Counted from the first letter of the stretch, positions 46,606 through 56,524 are shown. The stretch: DNA of 64,000 nucleotides from a virus (IMGVR_UViG_3300022562_001344:1-64000); one strand, 5' to 3'. Notes: generated from the sequence alone by a model not told the origin. Translations and numbers: made by a program.

Positions 46606-48183
46606 ATGAGTTTCCGCCGTTACGCGAACGCCATCGTCTCCCAGCCGAACATTGAGTTCGAACGTTGGATGGAAGAGCTCCGCACGGGCCATCAGGCTGC
46701 TGCGGAGGAGAAGCAAGTCGTGCGCCTGGCGAAGACGGTGCTGCGCAAGTGCGATCCGAAGCAGTATCTGCTCTCGCATGCGACCATCGTGGCCTCCGTC
46801 GACTGCTACGAGCCAGCCGACGCGAAGGTCGGGAAGTTCCTGAACCGGGACGTTGAGTGCGAGCGCCGCTGGTCGAACTTTCGGATCAAGCCCGAATGCC
46901 AGGACATCATCAACAACAACGGGGACGCCTGGGAGCGCTCTCTCTTGCTGGCGACCTACCGCACCTTCATCGGCGCCCCGAACTACCTCGAGCACATCCA
47001 GATCCCGGAGCTCAGCAAGGGCTTCATCGTCGACGCCATCGCTCGCGATCTCGGTGAGACCTGCTACATTGACATCCTGGTCGCGACGGACCGCAAGCAC
47101 AAGATGCTCGTTTCCGACATTATGGCGGAGAACATCCGCGCGATGTCGATGGGTTGCATCAGCCTCTTCACCATCTGCAACAAGTGCGGGAACGTCGCGG
47201 TCGACGACACCCAGCTCTGCCCCTGCGTCCTCTACGACGGGAAGGGGTCGACATTCAAGGACGAGACGGGGCGCGACCACAAGCTCGCGGAGCTCATCGG
47301 GCATGTCAGTGTCCCGAATAGCAACCAGTTCATCGAGGCCTCCTGGGTCCGGAATCCGGCTTTCTCCGGTGCGCAGCGTCGAAACATCTTGAACCCGGAG
47401 TCGGCCGCCGTCGCAGCCAAGCTCGGGGATGCGGCTTCCGTTTACGAAATCCGTCGTGAGGAGATACACCTGGACGGCATGCCGCACGCGGCGTCCATGA
47501 GGCGAAGGGCGCAGGACGAGCCTGCCGACGAGGAGCCGGCGGAGTCCCCCTCCGGTGACGAGGAGGGGGCGGACGCCGGCGCGGATGACACGTCGGTTAA
47601 GGATGAGCTCGACGCGCTCGACGCGAAGTCCGACGACGGAGAGAGCGATACCCCGGAGACCGCTCCGGAGGCGCCGGCCGGGGACCATATTCAGGAGCTC
47701 GTGAACAAAGCGCAGGAGCTCCTCGTCGAGACCCTCGTAAAGGGTCTCGCGGAGAAGGTCGCCCCGAAGCCCGAGGACGTTGGGACCGTCACCCCCGGCC
47801 TTTCTGACGCGAACTACAACGACAGCCTTATCGGGTTCGAGAAGGCTCTTCGCGCCAGGTTCCCGAACAGCCCGAAGCTTGTCAAGTGGGCGTGCAGGTC
47901 CTACCGGACCGTCCACGGCGGCGGCGCTGGGGCGATCCGGAAGGCCGGTATGTCGCCGAGGGACCTGATAGTCCTTTCATGGATCGAAGACGTCGTCAGA
48001 GAACGGCCGTACCCGGCCGCCCTATACAAGCTCGCCATGTCCGTCGGTCCCACGTCCTCATTTCCGAGCGAAGAGTCCTATCTCGCTGCCTGCGGGATCA
48101 GGGCCGGACGAAGGCTGGCTCGAAACGAAAAAGCCTTTCTCCTTTGGAAGGGCCGAATCGGATCACTCTCAGTCAACTTTTAG
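46606..48183 (+). CDS. Prohead (capsid maturation) protease
   Basis: NNNGDAW...YRTFIGAPNYLEH, SMGC, CNKCGN, FIEASWVRNPAF; sits upstream of scaffold and MCP. Confidence 0.72.
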   Translation: MSFRRYANAIVSQPNIEFERWMEELRTGHQAAAEEKQVVRLAKTVLRKCDPKQYLLSHATIVASVDCYEPADAKVGKFLNRDVECERRWSNFRIKPECQDIINNNGDAWERSLLLATYRTFIGAPNYLEHIQIPELSKGFIVDAIARDLGETCYIDILVATDRKHKMLVSDIMAENIRAMSMGCISLFTICNKCGNVAVDDTQLCPCVLYDGKGSTFKDETGRDHKLAELIGHVSVPNSNQFIEASWVRNPAFSGAQRRNILNPESAAVAAKLGDAASVYEIRREEIHLDGMPHAASMRRRAQDEPADEEPAESPSGDEEGADAGADDTSVKDELDALDAKSDDGESDTPETAPEAPAGDHIQELVNKAQELLVETLVKGLAEKVAPKPEDVGTVTPGLSDANYNDSLIGFEKALRARFPNSPKLVKWACRSYRTVHGGGAGAIRKAGMSPRDLIVLSWIEDVVRERPYPAALYKLAMSVGPTSSFPSEESYLAACGIRAGRRLARNEKAFLLWKGRIGSLSVNF

Positions 48184-48225
48184 GGCATTGATAAAGGCCA
48201 GTCTTTTCAGGAGGCATCTGCTACA

Positions 48226-49479
48226 ATGACCACTCCCCGACAGCGCACCACCTGGTCAAAGCCTGCCGACGGGACCTCGCGTGAGGCTGCGACGTCGCGG
48301 AGGGCGGACCCTTACTCCATGAATCAGGAGCACCCCCAGCCTTCCCCCGTGGACTACGAGTCCGGGAATCCGGACGAGTGGGCGGAAACTCCGACCAAGA
48401 ACGAGCTTGTGGAGGCCGGCTACGACGGCGAACACGAGGCCCGCAACGAGGTCAACTTCGCGGAGTTCAAGCCCGAGACCTTCGACCACAAGGACAACAA
48501 GGAGTGGAAGGGTCCGGGCAAGTACGACAACTCGAAGGTCTCCGCCGCGGTCCGTAAGGCCGGCGCCGCGGAGCGCGTGGCGAGGGCCACCCTTCGCACC
48601 GTCGACGAGAAGCTGATCGAGGCCCAAGCCCTCGACTTGATGGCTCTTCCGGACAAGGCCCTGGTCGCCACCCTCAAGCGTCTCGACGCCGTCTCCCCGG
48701 ACGCGCTCTCGAGGGAGAGCAAGTACAAGCGTGCCATGGCGTGCTGCAAGTTCGCCGCCGACTTCCTCGGTGACGCCTCCACTCAGGACGGCGTGGAGCG
48801 CATGGGCAGTATTCTGATGAGCATCGACGACCCGACCCTCAAGGCCCTGCTCAAGGTCGCCGCCGAGCTCAGGGCTGCTCACGTCGCCGCCGAAGAGGAA
48901 GAGGAAGAGGAGTCGGACGACAAGACCTCCTCCACCCAGCAGCAGGCCCAGGCTCCGGTCTCCCAGCAGGCCCCTACCGCCGGAGAGTCCGAGGAAGAGT
49001 CCGAGGAAGATGAGCACACCGCCGGCGGCGACGCCGGATGCCTGAGCCCCCAGGACATGGCCATGCTGGACAACATGCTGGGCCAAGAGATGGCGGCTCC
49101 GCCCGTCGCTCCTGCTCCCACCGGCGAGCTGACGGAGCTGTTCGAGGCCCCGGCCGCGGCGCCGGTTCCCACGGCGATGCCCGCCATGGCGAGCGACGGC
49201 CCGGACATCTCCTTCGGCGATGACGACGAGGAGCCCCGGACCGCGTCCGGCGGCGACGACGATCAGCTCGCCTCGCTGTTCAACGACAATCCCGAGGTCG
49301 TCGCCCAGCGCGAGATCGCCGCGGCAGAGGCCGAGCAGCGCGCCCGCGAGGGCGGCTATGGCCCCGTCGCCTCTGCCAGGACCGCCTCCACGGGCGCCAA
49401 GAAGCTCGGCAACGTCAGCGGCGGGAAGCCCCGCTCCGTGGACGACGAGCTCGGCAACCTCTGGGAAGGCCCCGGCTGA
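48226..49479 (+). CDS. Probable scaffolding protein
   Basis: Acidic, Ala-rich, RTAS twice; between the protease and the capsid genes; AGGAGG RBS. Confidence 0.6.
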   Translation: MTTPRQRTTWSKPADGTSREAATSRRADPYSMNQEHPQPSPVDYESGNPDEWAETPTKNELVEAGYDGEHEARNEVNFAEFKPETFDHKDNKEWKGPGKYDNSKVSAAVRKAGAAERVARATLRTVDEKLIEAQALDLMALPDKALVATLKRLDAVSPDALSRESKYKRAMACCKFAADFLGDASTQDGVERMGSILMSIDDPTLKALLKVAAELRAAHVAAEEEEEEESDDKTSSTQQQAQAPVSQQAPTAGESEEESEEDEHTAGGDAGCLSPQDMAMLDNMLGQEMAAPPVAPAPTGELTELFEAPAAAPVPTAMPAMASDGPDISFGDDDEEPRTASGGDDDQLASLFNDNPEVVAQREIAAAEAEQRAREGGYGPVASARTASTGAKKLGNVSGGKPRSVDDELGNLWEGPG

Positions 49480-49708
49480 CAGACTCTATCCGGTCCGGCC
49501 ACCACCTAGCGGGGTGGCCGCCCGGACAGGATACCGATAGAGGATACTAAGAGACAGGTTTTTTCAGAGCGGAGGTCGAGGCACCGGAAGAAGGATCGCA
49601 AAGTCGGACCAGGACACGGGGTCGCGGGGAAACCCGGACTGAACCCATCCAGGCGAGACGAACGACCCGGACGAACGGACCTAGGCTGACGGAACTGAAG
49701 GAGTAAAC
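49480..49708 (+). promoter_or_regulatory. Long leader/regulatory region of the capsid genes
   Basis: 229-nt gap; hairpin ~49497-49519; GATAC/GATAG/GATAC at 49530, 49536, 49543; repeated GAC(G/T)(G)AAC; AAGGAG RBS. Confidence 0.5.
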
Positions 49709-50374
49709 ATGGGATCGATTGGCGGACAGGCATCGGGTGACTTCACCCTGAGCCAGGGTGCCCTGCGGATCCTGTATTCGCTCATCAAGGACAGCATCCC
49801 TGCCCTTGCGAGCGATGCATTCACGCAGGACAACCCGAACGTCGTCACCACCACTGCGGCTGTCTCTACCACGCTCCCCGCGAACGTGAAGAAGGGCGTC
49901 CTCGGAGGTTCGGTGGCGTTCACCAGGCCGGACATCGGGCAGAACACCGTCGGAGGCGCCGTGCTCGTTGCGGCCGCGTTCGTGGTGAACACCCGTCCGC
50001 TCGGCCTCTTCATCAACGACGCGCTCGGGAACTCCTACGAGAACACGCCTGCCGTGGCCTCGGGCAAGGGTCCCTACCTGCGCGGCGGCGCGGTTGGCCT
50101 CAAGGTCTATGAGACCCAGGCGCAAACCACCAACAGCGGCGCGGCCGTTGGCGACCCCCTGACCTACGCGGTGGGCGACAAGCTCTACGCCTCGGTCAAC
50201 GGGTACATCACCAACCTCTGGCAGGACTCCTACGAGTTCGGCTGGATCGACGGTGTCTCCGGTTCCGGAGCTGCCAGCGCCTGCATCGAGCCGGACGTCA
50301 CCCGCCTCGGGACGCTCCTTTCACCCCCGGATTCCTCCAGCGCGGAGATGTTCTTCGAGGCCGCCTTCATCTGA
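49709..50374 (+). CDS. Probable head decoration/cement protein
   Basis: RPLGLFIND, ASGKGPY, YAVGDKLYAS; directly before the MCP. Confidence 0.65.
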   Translation: MGSIGGQASGDFTLSQGALRILYSLIKDSIPALASDAFTQDNPNVVTTTAAVSTTLPANVKKGVLGGSVAFTRPDIGQNTVGGAVLVAAAFVVNTRPLGLFINDALGNSYENTPAVASGKGPYLRGGAVGLKVYETQAQTTNSGAAVGDPLTYAVGDKLYASVNGYITNLWQDSYEFGWIDGVSGSGAASACIEPDVTRLGTLLSPPDSSSAEMFFEAAFI

Positions 50375-50408
50375 GGGCTGAGACGAAGAACCGAAAGGAG
50401 AACCAGAG

Positions 50409-51305
50409 ATGGTGGCAGGAAACTTCGGAGTTCAGGTCGTCGACAACTCCATCAAGGAGCAGATCGTCGACCGCTTCATCGGGTCACCCGCGGGCCGTCG
50501 CCGGCTCGCCGCCTCGATGATTCAGCCGCTCCGTGAGCGGCGAGACTACTCGTCCGTCGGCCGCAAGACCTTCTTGGTCGAGCAGCTCCCGGACGGTGCG
50601 CTTCCGATCTACGACAAGGACCCGGACGTCATCGCGTACGTGATCGGCGAAGAGGGCGAGAGCATCACCGCGGTCATGAAGCCGCGGCGCGTGATCTTCC
50701 CGCTCTTCGAGATCGCAGCGTTGCCCAAGGCTCCGCTGACGCAGATCAAGGAGCGCCGGTACGACCTCCTCAAGCGTATGCAGGACCTCGGCAAGGCGCA
50801 GATCCAGGCTGCCGAAGACGACCGCGTCTTCAGCATCATGGACGCCATTGCGGTGAACGGCTTCGACTCGCTCCCGGGCGGGACGAACCCGGACATCCCG
50901 GTGGTGGCGCCGATCTCGCCGGCCGTCCTCGCGGACGCCTTCGCGGAGATCGAGTTCCACGACCTCAGGGTCGCTCGCGTTTACATGAACGCGAGGGACT
51001 ACGCCGACATCCGCAAGTTCGGCCGCGACGTTCTCGACATCGAGAGCCAGGCCACCTTGTGGAAGACCGGCATGATGAGCACGGGCTGGAACGCCCAGTT
51101 CATCGTGTCGCGTCTCGTCCCGGCCGGCGTGGTCTACTGCTGCTGCGAGCCCGAGATGTTCGGTCGGATCCCGGTCCGCACCGAGCTCACGGTCCTCAGC
51201 GCGGACAACCCGGAGGAGCGCACCATCGGATTCAGCATGTTCGAGAACTTGGGCATCGGCGCCTACAACCCCCGTGGGTTGGTGCGTCTGATCGTCACTC
51301 GCTGA
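50409..51305 (+). CDS. Major capsid protein (HK97 fold expected)
   Basis: GRRRLAASMIQPLR..DY..VGRK..LVEQLPDGALPIYDKD, AEDDRVF, ENLGIGAYNPRG; AAGGAG RBS; strongly biased codons. Confidence 0.88.
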   Translation: MVAGNFGVQVVDNSIKEQIVDRFIGSPAGRRRLAASMIQPLRERRDYSSVGRKTFLVEQLPDGALPIYDKDPDVIAYVIGEEGESITAVMKPRRVIFPLFEIAALPKAPLTQIKERRYDLLKRMQDLGKAQIQAAEDDRVFSIMDAIAVNGFDSLPGGTNPDIPVVAPISPAVLADAFAEIEFHDLRVARVYMNARDYADIRKFGRDVLDIESQATLWKTGMMSTGWNAQFIVSRLVPAGVVYCCCEPEMFGRIPVRTELTVLSADNPEERTIGFSMFENLGIGAYNPRGLVRLIVTR

Positions 51306-51331
51306 TCGAGCATCTGACTGAAGGTCCGTTT

Positions 51332-51361
51332 GAGCCCTGCTGGCGTAAGTCGGTGGGGCTC
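51332..51361. terminator. Hairpin between the convergent MCP and HNH genes
   Basis: GAGCCCTGCTGGC-GTAA-GTCGGTGGGGCTC. Confidence 0.6.
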
Positions 51362-51374
51362 AAACGTATCCGGG

Positions 51375-51944
51375 TCAGAACTTCCCCTTGAACCCCTTCG
51401 GACCGCGGACTCCGATGATCCCGGGGAGCCCCTTCCCCTTCGGAGGCCTCGTCCCTGCCTTCGGAGCCGCGTAGGAGGCCTGCCCTCGCGTCTTTCTCTT
51501 GTGGCACTTGACGCATAGCGTCTGTATGCCCTCGAGCCCGCACAGCCCGCCCCCTTCGGCCACGGGCTTGATGTGGTCCGCCTGCCACAGGGACTTCTTC
51601 GCCTCAGACGCCGTCAGGTCCAGGGACTTCAGGAGGGCGGCGTAGGCGGGGTTCCTGGCGTCCCCCGCGGACCTGAGCGCGTCCTCCAGCGCTATCCGCT
51701 GGAGGCGCGTGTCCACCCCGCACGACGCGCACTTCCCGAGGTCCCTCTCGTACACCTTCTCTCGCAGGTACCTGACGCTCGACCGGAGTTTCCACTCGTG
51801 GACGTGGGCGTCCGAGCAGAACGTCCGGCGCGGCGGGCGCACTTCTTCCCCGCACCAGCGGCACAGCCTGAACCCGTTCGGCCCCCGCAGCCCCCGGATC
51901 TTGCGTTCGTTGTCCTTCAAGCTGTTCCGCCGCTTGAGGCCCAT
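51375..51944 (-). CDS. HNH endonuclease
   Basis: CRWCG, FCS, ERDLGKCASCG, ADHIKPVAEGGG, TLCVKCH; TAGGGT + 5 nt + ATG. Confidence 0.88.
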   Translation of the reverse strand: MGLKRRNSLKDNERKIRGLRGPNGFRLCRWCGEEVRPPRRTFCSDAHVHEWKLRSSVRYLREKVYERDLGKCASCGVDTRLQRIALEDALRSAGDARNPAYAALLKSLDLTASEAKKSLWQADHIKPVAEGGGLCGLEGIQTLCVKCHKRKTRGQASYAAPKAGTRPPKGKGLPGIIGVRGPKGFKGKF

Positions 51945-52015
51945 GACGTACCCTACGGAATCGCGAGTTTTGTTTGACCTCCGGACGTCTGCCCCTCTTA
52001 TGCTCCATAGCAGGC

Positions 52016-54781
52016 ATGGGGATCTCCCTAGATAGAGCCGCCCGGGCTCTCATGGATGCACCTGATGTCGCCAAGGCTGCCCGGGCCCTCATAGATGGGT
52101 TTGACGTCGTCAAGGCTGCCCGAGTGCGTGCCGCCTGGTCTCCGGTCTCCGTCCGCGTCGCCGTCCGTTTCTTGGAGGCCGCTAAGGTTGATGACCTGAT
52201 AGCCGCCAATCCGGACCTGGAGTATGAGATTAGGGAGCTCTCCGAGGAGGATCCGTCCAAGAAGGGTAAGTACCTCGAGTGGAGCGTCAAGCAGTTGAAG
52301 ATGAAAGCCAAAATGGAGGACTTGGTTCCGACCATTCGGGCGTTTCACGAAAACCAGCCGAGGTTCGAGAAGAAAGACATCAATCAGTACAAGACACTGA
52401 AGGAGCTCGAGGACGCGGTCAAGGCCCTCCCGGAGTCGAAAACCAAGGAGAAAGCCCGGGTGAAGTCCGAAGGGTCCAAAAAACTATGGGAGAACGACAC
52501 CCACGCTCTGTTCAGGATCGAGACCCGCGACGCCTGCATCCAATATGGGAAGGGCACCAAGTGGTGCATAACCATGAGGGCGCACAACTACTGGGAGTCG
52601 TACAAGAGCGGCAATAACGTCTTTTACTTCTTGATCGACAAGAGGCAGTCCGAGCCCGAGAAGGAGAGCGATAACTTCTCTGACGTCAAGAGCCCTAACC
52701 AGTATTCGAAGATCGCGTGGGCCGTCCGCAGAAATATGGAGGACAACAGCGTTGAAAGCGTCACGATCTTCGATGCCAGAGACAAGGTGATCAATAAGCG
52801 GACCATCCCGGGTATACCGGAGTTCGCCCAGATCAATCAGATGGTCATTGATGACGCACCGAACGCTCCGGACGGACCTATCGTCTCCATGCGGAAGGGT
52901 ACCATCACACCCAAGGAGCTCTACGATTACCTGTCAGTCCTGGACTCTCAGACCTTGATCGCCAACATTCAGTATGTGCAGTCCAGTGAACAAAACGACC
53001 CGGTTCTGTTCAAGATCCTGGATCTGAAGAAGGACGGCCTGTCGGAGCGCGGCATCTTGGCGATTTTGGATCGTGTCAAAGGAGGGACGTCGGAGGCGGA
53101 CGAATTCTTCTTGAAGCTCGCCAGGGAGGGCGTGAAGATCAACCTTGATCGTGTGCAACAGGGACCCGAGTTTGATGAGATTTTGAAAATTCGCATGGAG
53201 GGCGAGCCTGACTTTCTTGGCGTCCACACCAATGCCAAATATATCGCCAAGATCTCGGACGATGGGCTTCGCGAGAAGCTCGCCGATAAGTATAAGGGCC
53301 GGATGGCGGAGCTTGGAATCATCAAAGATAAGGACGCCCTGGAGAAGTTTCTTCACGACGAGGATCCGAAAGTTCGTGAGTCCACGATCAGAGGTTTGCA
53401 GACTTTCCAAGTCGACATGCTCGGCAACATCCTCAAAATGGTGGACGACCCGGACCCGTTGGTTCGGAAGGCGTTGGCCGACGTCCCGGCTTGGGCCTGG
53501 AAGAAATCTGATGTGCCCCCGGAGCAGCTCCATGAGGTCCTCGTGAAGCTCCTACACGACGAGGATCACGGTGTTGTGGAGAGCGCTGTCAACGGCGACC
53601 TCTCAAAGGTCGACCACGAAATCCTCAGGAAGATTTCGAAGCATCCGAGCGAGAAGGTTCGGGCGAAGTTCCACTCCAACCCGCAAGTCGACGAGGGCCT
53701 GAAGCCCATGAACGACGAGTCAGACGTCGTCAGGCGGTCGATCATCAATCACCGGAAGCTGAGTCAAGACCAGCTCGACCGGATGGCGAAGAGCGAGGAC
53801 GTGAACGACAGGAAGCTCGCCCTCAACTATGTCCAGGAGAAGGGGTATGGCCCGAGCGGCAACTGGACATCTTCTGGGGCAAAGAATGTTCGTGAGTTCG
53901 CGAGCAGGCTCTTGAAGGACGCCGATCCCGGGGTTCGGATGTTGGCCAACGAGGTCATGTTCATATATGGTGGTCGATACGACACGACGGGCTTCGAAAA
54001 CTCAACTAACCCGACTGTGGTTCAGGAGTGGATTGGAATAGACCCCGAGCGGGCGAAGTCCGCGTTGGAAAAGCCGCCCTCGCAGCTCAACGAGGGAGGA
54101 GTCGACAGAATTCAGTCTTATGCCAAGACTGTGCTCGCTGTCAACGAGCTCATGGGTTATCTGTCGGGGAAGAGGGACGACCTGCCGGAGATGCCGAACA
54201 GGAGTTTGTCGACGGTGACGACCTTGCTTCCGAAGGAGTATTTGCCAAAGCTGCTTGAGAAACTCCCGTTCCCTAATATGGAGCAGTGGTCATATTATGG
54301 GGTCTTTGAGGACCTTGCCAAGAGAATGGACAGCAAGTACGCGATGGAGATTTTGACGAAGATTCCAAACCCGTACTATGCTCCTACGGCCGTCACCGCG
54401 CTGTTCAAGAAGCTTAGTCAGGACGACATCCGGAAATTCATCGACTCCGACAGCACTATAATCCGGCTGACCGTGGCCCGTCGCATTGACAAAGCGCACC
54501 TCCCGGAGTTGATGGACGACACGGATAACGAGATCCGCAGAGTCGTGGCCGAGAGGATAGACCCGGAGCACTTGCCGAAGATGATGAAGGACACCGATCC
54601 GAAGGTCCGGAGGCGGGTGGCCGAGAGGATCGCCCCGGAATACCTCGAGCAAATGCGGAAGGACAAGAGCATCAAGGTCCGGGGCATTGTCAAGGAGCGC
54701 CTCGGACTGGCGAGCCTCAGCACGCGCGAGCTATTGGCGACCGTGTACCTGGTGGCCGAGGGCTTCTGTTCGCCTTACTAA
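52016..54781 (+). CDS. Large protein with an N-terminal YGKGTKWC domain and HEAT-like repeats; putative injected virion protein
   Basis: RVAVRFL leader; KKDINQY, CIQYGKGTKWCIT; repeated D.DP.VR and L..MM.D.D..VR..VA.RI units. Confidence 0.8.
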   Translation: MGISLDRAARALMDAPDVAKAARALIDGFDVVKAARVRAAWSPVSVRVAVRFLEAAKVDDLIAANPDLEYEIRELSEEDPSKKGKYLEWSVKQLKMKAKMEDLVPTIRAFHENQPRFEKKDINQYKTLKELEDAVKALPESKTKEKARVKSEGSKKLWENDTHALFRIETRDACIQYGKGTKWCITMRAHNYWESYKSGNNVFYFLIDKRQSEPEKESDNFSDVKSPNQYSKIAWAVRRNMEDNSVESVTIFDARDKVINKRTIPGIPEFAQINQMVIDDAPNAPDGPIVSMRKGTITPKELYDYLSVLDSQTLIANIQYVQSSEQNDPVLFKILDLKKDGLSERGILAILDRVKGGTSEADEFFLKLAREGVKINLDRVQQGPEFDEILKIRMEGEPDFLGVHTNAKYIAKISDDGLREKLADKYKGRMAELGIIKDKDALEKFLHDEDPKVRESTIRGLQTFQVDMLGNILKMVDDPDPLVRKALADVPAWAWKKSDVPPEQLHEVLVKLLHDEDHGVVESAVNGDLSKVDHEILRKISKHPSEKVRAKFHSNPQVDEGLKPMNDESDVVRRSIINHRKLSQDQLDRMAKSEDVNDRKLALNYVQEKGYGPSGNWTSSGAKNVREFASRLLKDADPGVRMLANEVMFIYGGRYDTTGFENSTNPTVVQEWIGIDPERAKSALEKPPSQLNEGGVDRIQSYAKTVLAVNELMGYLSGKRDDLPEMPNRSLSTVTTLLPKEYLPKLLEKLPFPNMEQWSYYGVFEDLAKRMDSKYAMEILTKIPNPYYAPTAVTALFKKLSQDDIRKFIDSDSTIIRLTVARRIDKAHLPELMDDTDNEIRRVVAERIDPEHLPKMMKDTDPKVRRRVAERIAPEYLEQMRKDKSIKVRGIVKERLGLASLSTRELLATVYLVAEGFCSPY

Positions 54782-54805
54782 CCTGACTTCGGTGTAGGTT
54801 CTGCC

Positions 54806-55087
54806 ATGGCAACGTCACGTCGTAGCGGCCAGCGGAATCCTGCCATTGGCCAGGAACCTGGGATTTCCCTCATCAATCTCACGAAGGACCTCAAGAAGTT
54901 CGTCCGCATGGACTTCGGGGGCCGGGACCAAGACCGGGTCATCGCCAATCGGCTTCGGGAGGACGGGATCCCGGTGAACCCGGACACCGTCGCAGCCTAC
55001 CGCTCCGGCGCCCTGCGTACCAGGGACACGATCAAAAGGTACTTCGGCCCCCGTTTCGACCAGATCCGGGCCACGATCGGCTTCTGA
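54806..55087 (+). CDS. Hypothetical protein
   Basis: TAGGTT + 5 nt + ATG. Confidence 0.7.
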   Translation: MATSRRSGQRNPAIGQEPGISLINLTKDLKKFVRMDFGGRDQDRVIANRLREDGIPVNPDTVAAYRSGALRTRDTIKRYFGPRFDQIRATIGF

Positions 55088-55092
55088 CTCGT

Positions 55093-55389
55093 TTGGAGAC
55101 CAGGGACGTACAGAAGAAAGGCTTCCACGAGAGGTTCCACATCGACTCTCGCAAGCGGAAGTGGCTCTTCCTGCAGAGGGGGAAGCTCACGGACGAGGCC
55201 GGTCCGAACAGCGCCGGCCGCGCGTGGAACGAGGGGAAGCTTGTCTGGATCTGCACCTCGTGCGGTGGCGTCGAGCCCGTTAGGTACGACTACCTCGTCC
55301 ACGACGAGGCCACGGTCCCGGACCCTACAGAGCAGCTCGACGCCCACGACTGCGACCTCGAGAGGATCCGTCAGGTGATGGATGCCTGA
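55093..55389 (+). CDS. Hypothetical protein with CxxC, ending in IRQVMDA
   Basis: In-operon ORF. Confidence 0.65.
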   Translation: METRDVQKKGFHERFHIDSRKRKWLFLQRGKLTDEAGPNSAGRAWNEGKLVWICTSCGGVEPVRYDYLVHDEATVPDPTEQLDAHDCDLERIRQVMDA

Positions 55390-55633
55390 TTTCCCGGACC
55401 CGGGCGTCCCGCGTCTGTCCCGGGAACAGGTGGACCTCGTCCTCCAAGCCGGCCTCCAGAAGAAGACCCGGAGGAACTCGGCCCGCGGATACCTCGTCGG
55501 GACCGTTTTTAGGGAGTCCGAGGGCCTGTTCGTTGTCTACGAGAAGCACCTGAGCATCGGGACCAGCTCCACTTACTATTTGTGCCGGCTTCCGCCGGAC
55601 CTCGAGGCTCTGGTCGAGGTGATGGGGTCCTGA
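55382..55633 (+). CDS. Hypothetical protein
   Basis: Overlapping start. Confidence 0.6.
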   Translation: MPDFPDPGVPRLSREQVDLVLQAGLQKKTRRNSARGYLVGTVFRESEGLFVVYEKHLSIGTSSTYYLCRLPPDLEALVEVMGS

Positions 55634-55648
55634 TCTGTACGGTGCTGC

Positions 55649-56128
55649 ATGCAGCACCCGCTTCACGTCGGCCAGGTCTTCCGTTGTCCGAAGTTCCGTT
55701 CCCTCGTCCACGAGATCGACCGGGACGCGAGCCCTCCGAAGCTCGATAAGACGCGCCTGCATTTCGACTCTCCTGCGACCGTCCGCATCCCGTGGACCGA
55801 GAAGGGTCCGGACGGATGGGAGCGCAAGCATGAACACCGCGTGGAGGTCCTTGTCGAGGACCCCGAAAGTCTCGCATGGGAGAGCTTCACGGTCACTGAG
55901 GTGGACCTGACCGGCGGGGGCAACGGGCATGGCCCGAATGACGTCTACCCTGACGGACATCGGGTCACCGCTCGCGGCACCTCCGGACGGACAGTCCGCT
56001 TTTACCAGACTGGGTGTTTCACCGGGATCGTCAAGCCGGAGGACGTGGAGCTCCTCGATGGGCCTCCGGACGTCCCCGGCCGGTGGAGGAAGGTCTTCAC
56101 CGCCGAGTACGAGACCCAAGCGCCGTAG
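55649..56128 (+). CDS. Hypothetical protein
   Basis: TACGGT + 5 nt + ATG; GGGNGHGPNDVYPDGH, FYQTGCF. Confidence 0.75.
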   Translation: MQHPLHVGQVFRCPKFRSLVHEIDRDASPPKLDKTRLHFDSPATVRIPWTEKGPDGWERKHEHRVEVLVEDPESLAWESFTVTEVDLTGGGNGHGPNDVYPDGHRVTARGTSGRTVRFYQTGCFTGIVKPEDVELLDGPPDVPGRWRKVFTAEYETQAP

Positions 56129-56165
56129 GTCTCGGTATGGCTCCTTTATCGTAGCCGGAGGCGAG

Positions 56166-56450
56166 ATGTCCCAGATAGCGAAGCGAGTCGCGGCCAGGTT
56201 CCTCGAGGGAGAGGACGTCCAGAAACCGAGCCCCGGCGAGGTCCTTTCCGCCGTTACGGAGGTGCAGAGAGTGCTGCACCAGGTCGTGAGGAAGCACGTC
56301 GTCCCGGATGACGCGACCCCGGACGAGAAGCGAAGGCTTGGCGCGATCCTCGCCAGCGTCAAGGCCATGTACGACAGGTCCGAGGAAGTACGCCTCGATC
56401 TGGACGAGTGGCTTATCGACTACGGGGAGGCCAGGAAGGCTCGTCCGTAG
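56166..56450 (+). CDS. Small putative virion protein
   Basis: GGAGG RBS; MSQIAKRVAARFL leader. Confidence 0.7.
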   Translation: MSQIAKRVAARFLEGEDVQKPSPGEVLSAVTEVQRVLHQVVRKHVVPDDATPDEKRRLGAILASVKAMYDRSEEVRLDLDEWLIDYGEARKARP

Positions 56451-56524
56451 GTCTCGTCATGTACGGGATTCAGGGGAGCGTTAGGGTAATCGGCTGCAAC
56501 TTCAACCTGCGGAGCGGCGGTTCC

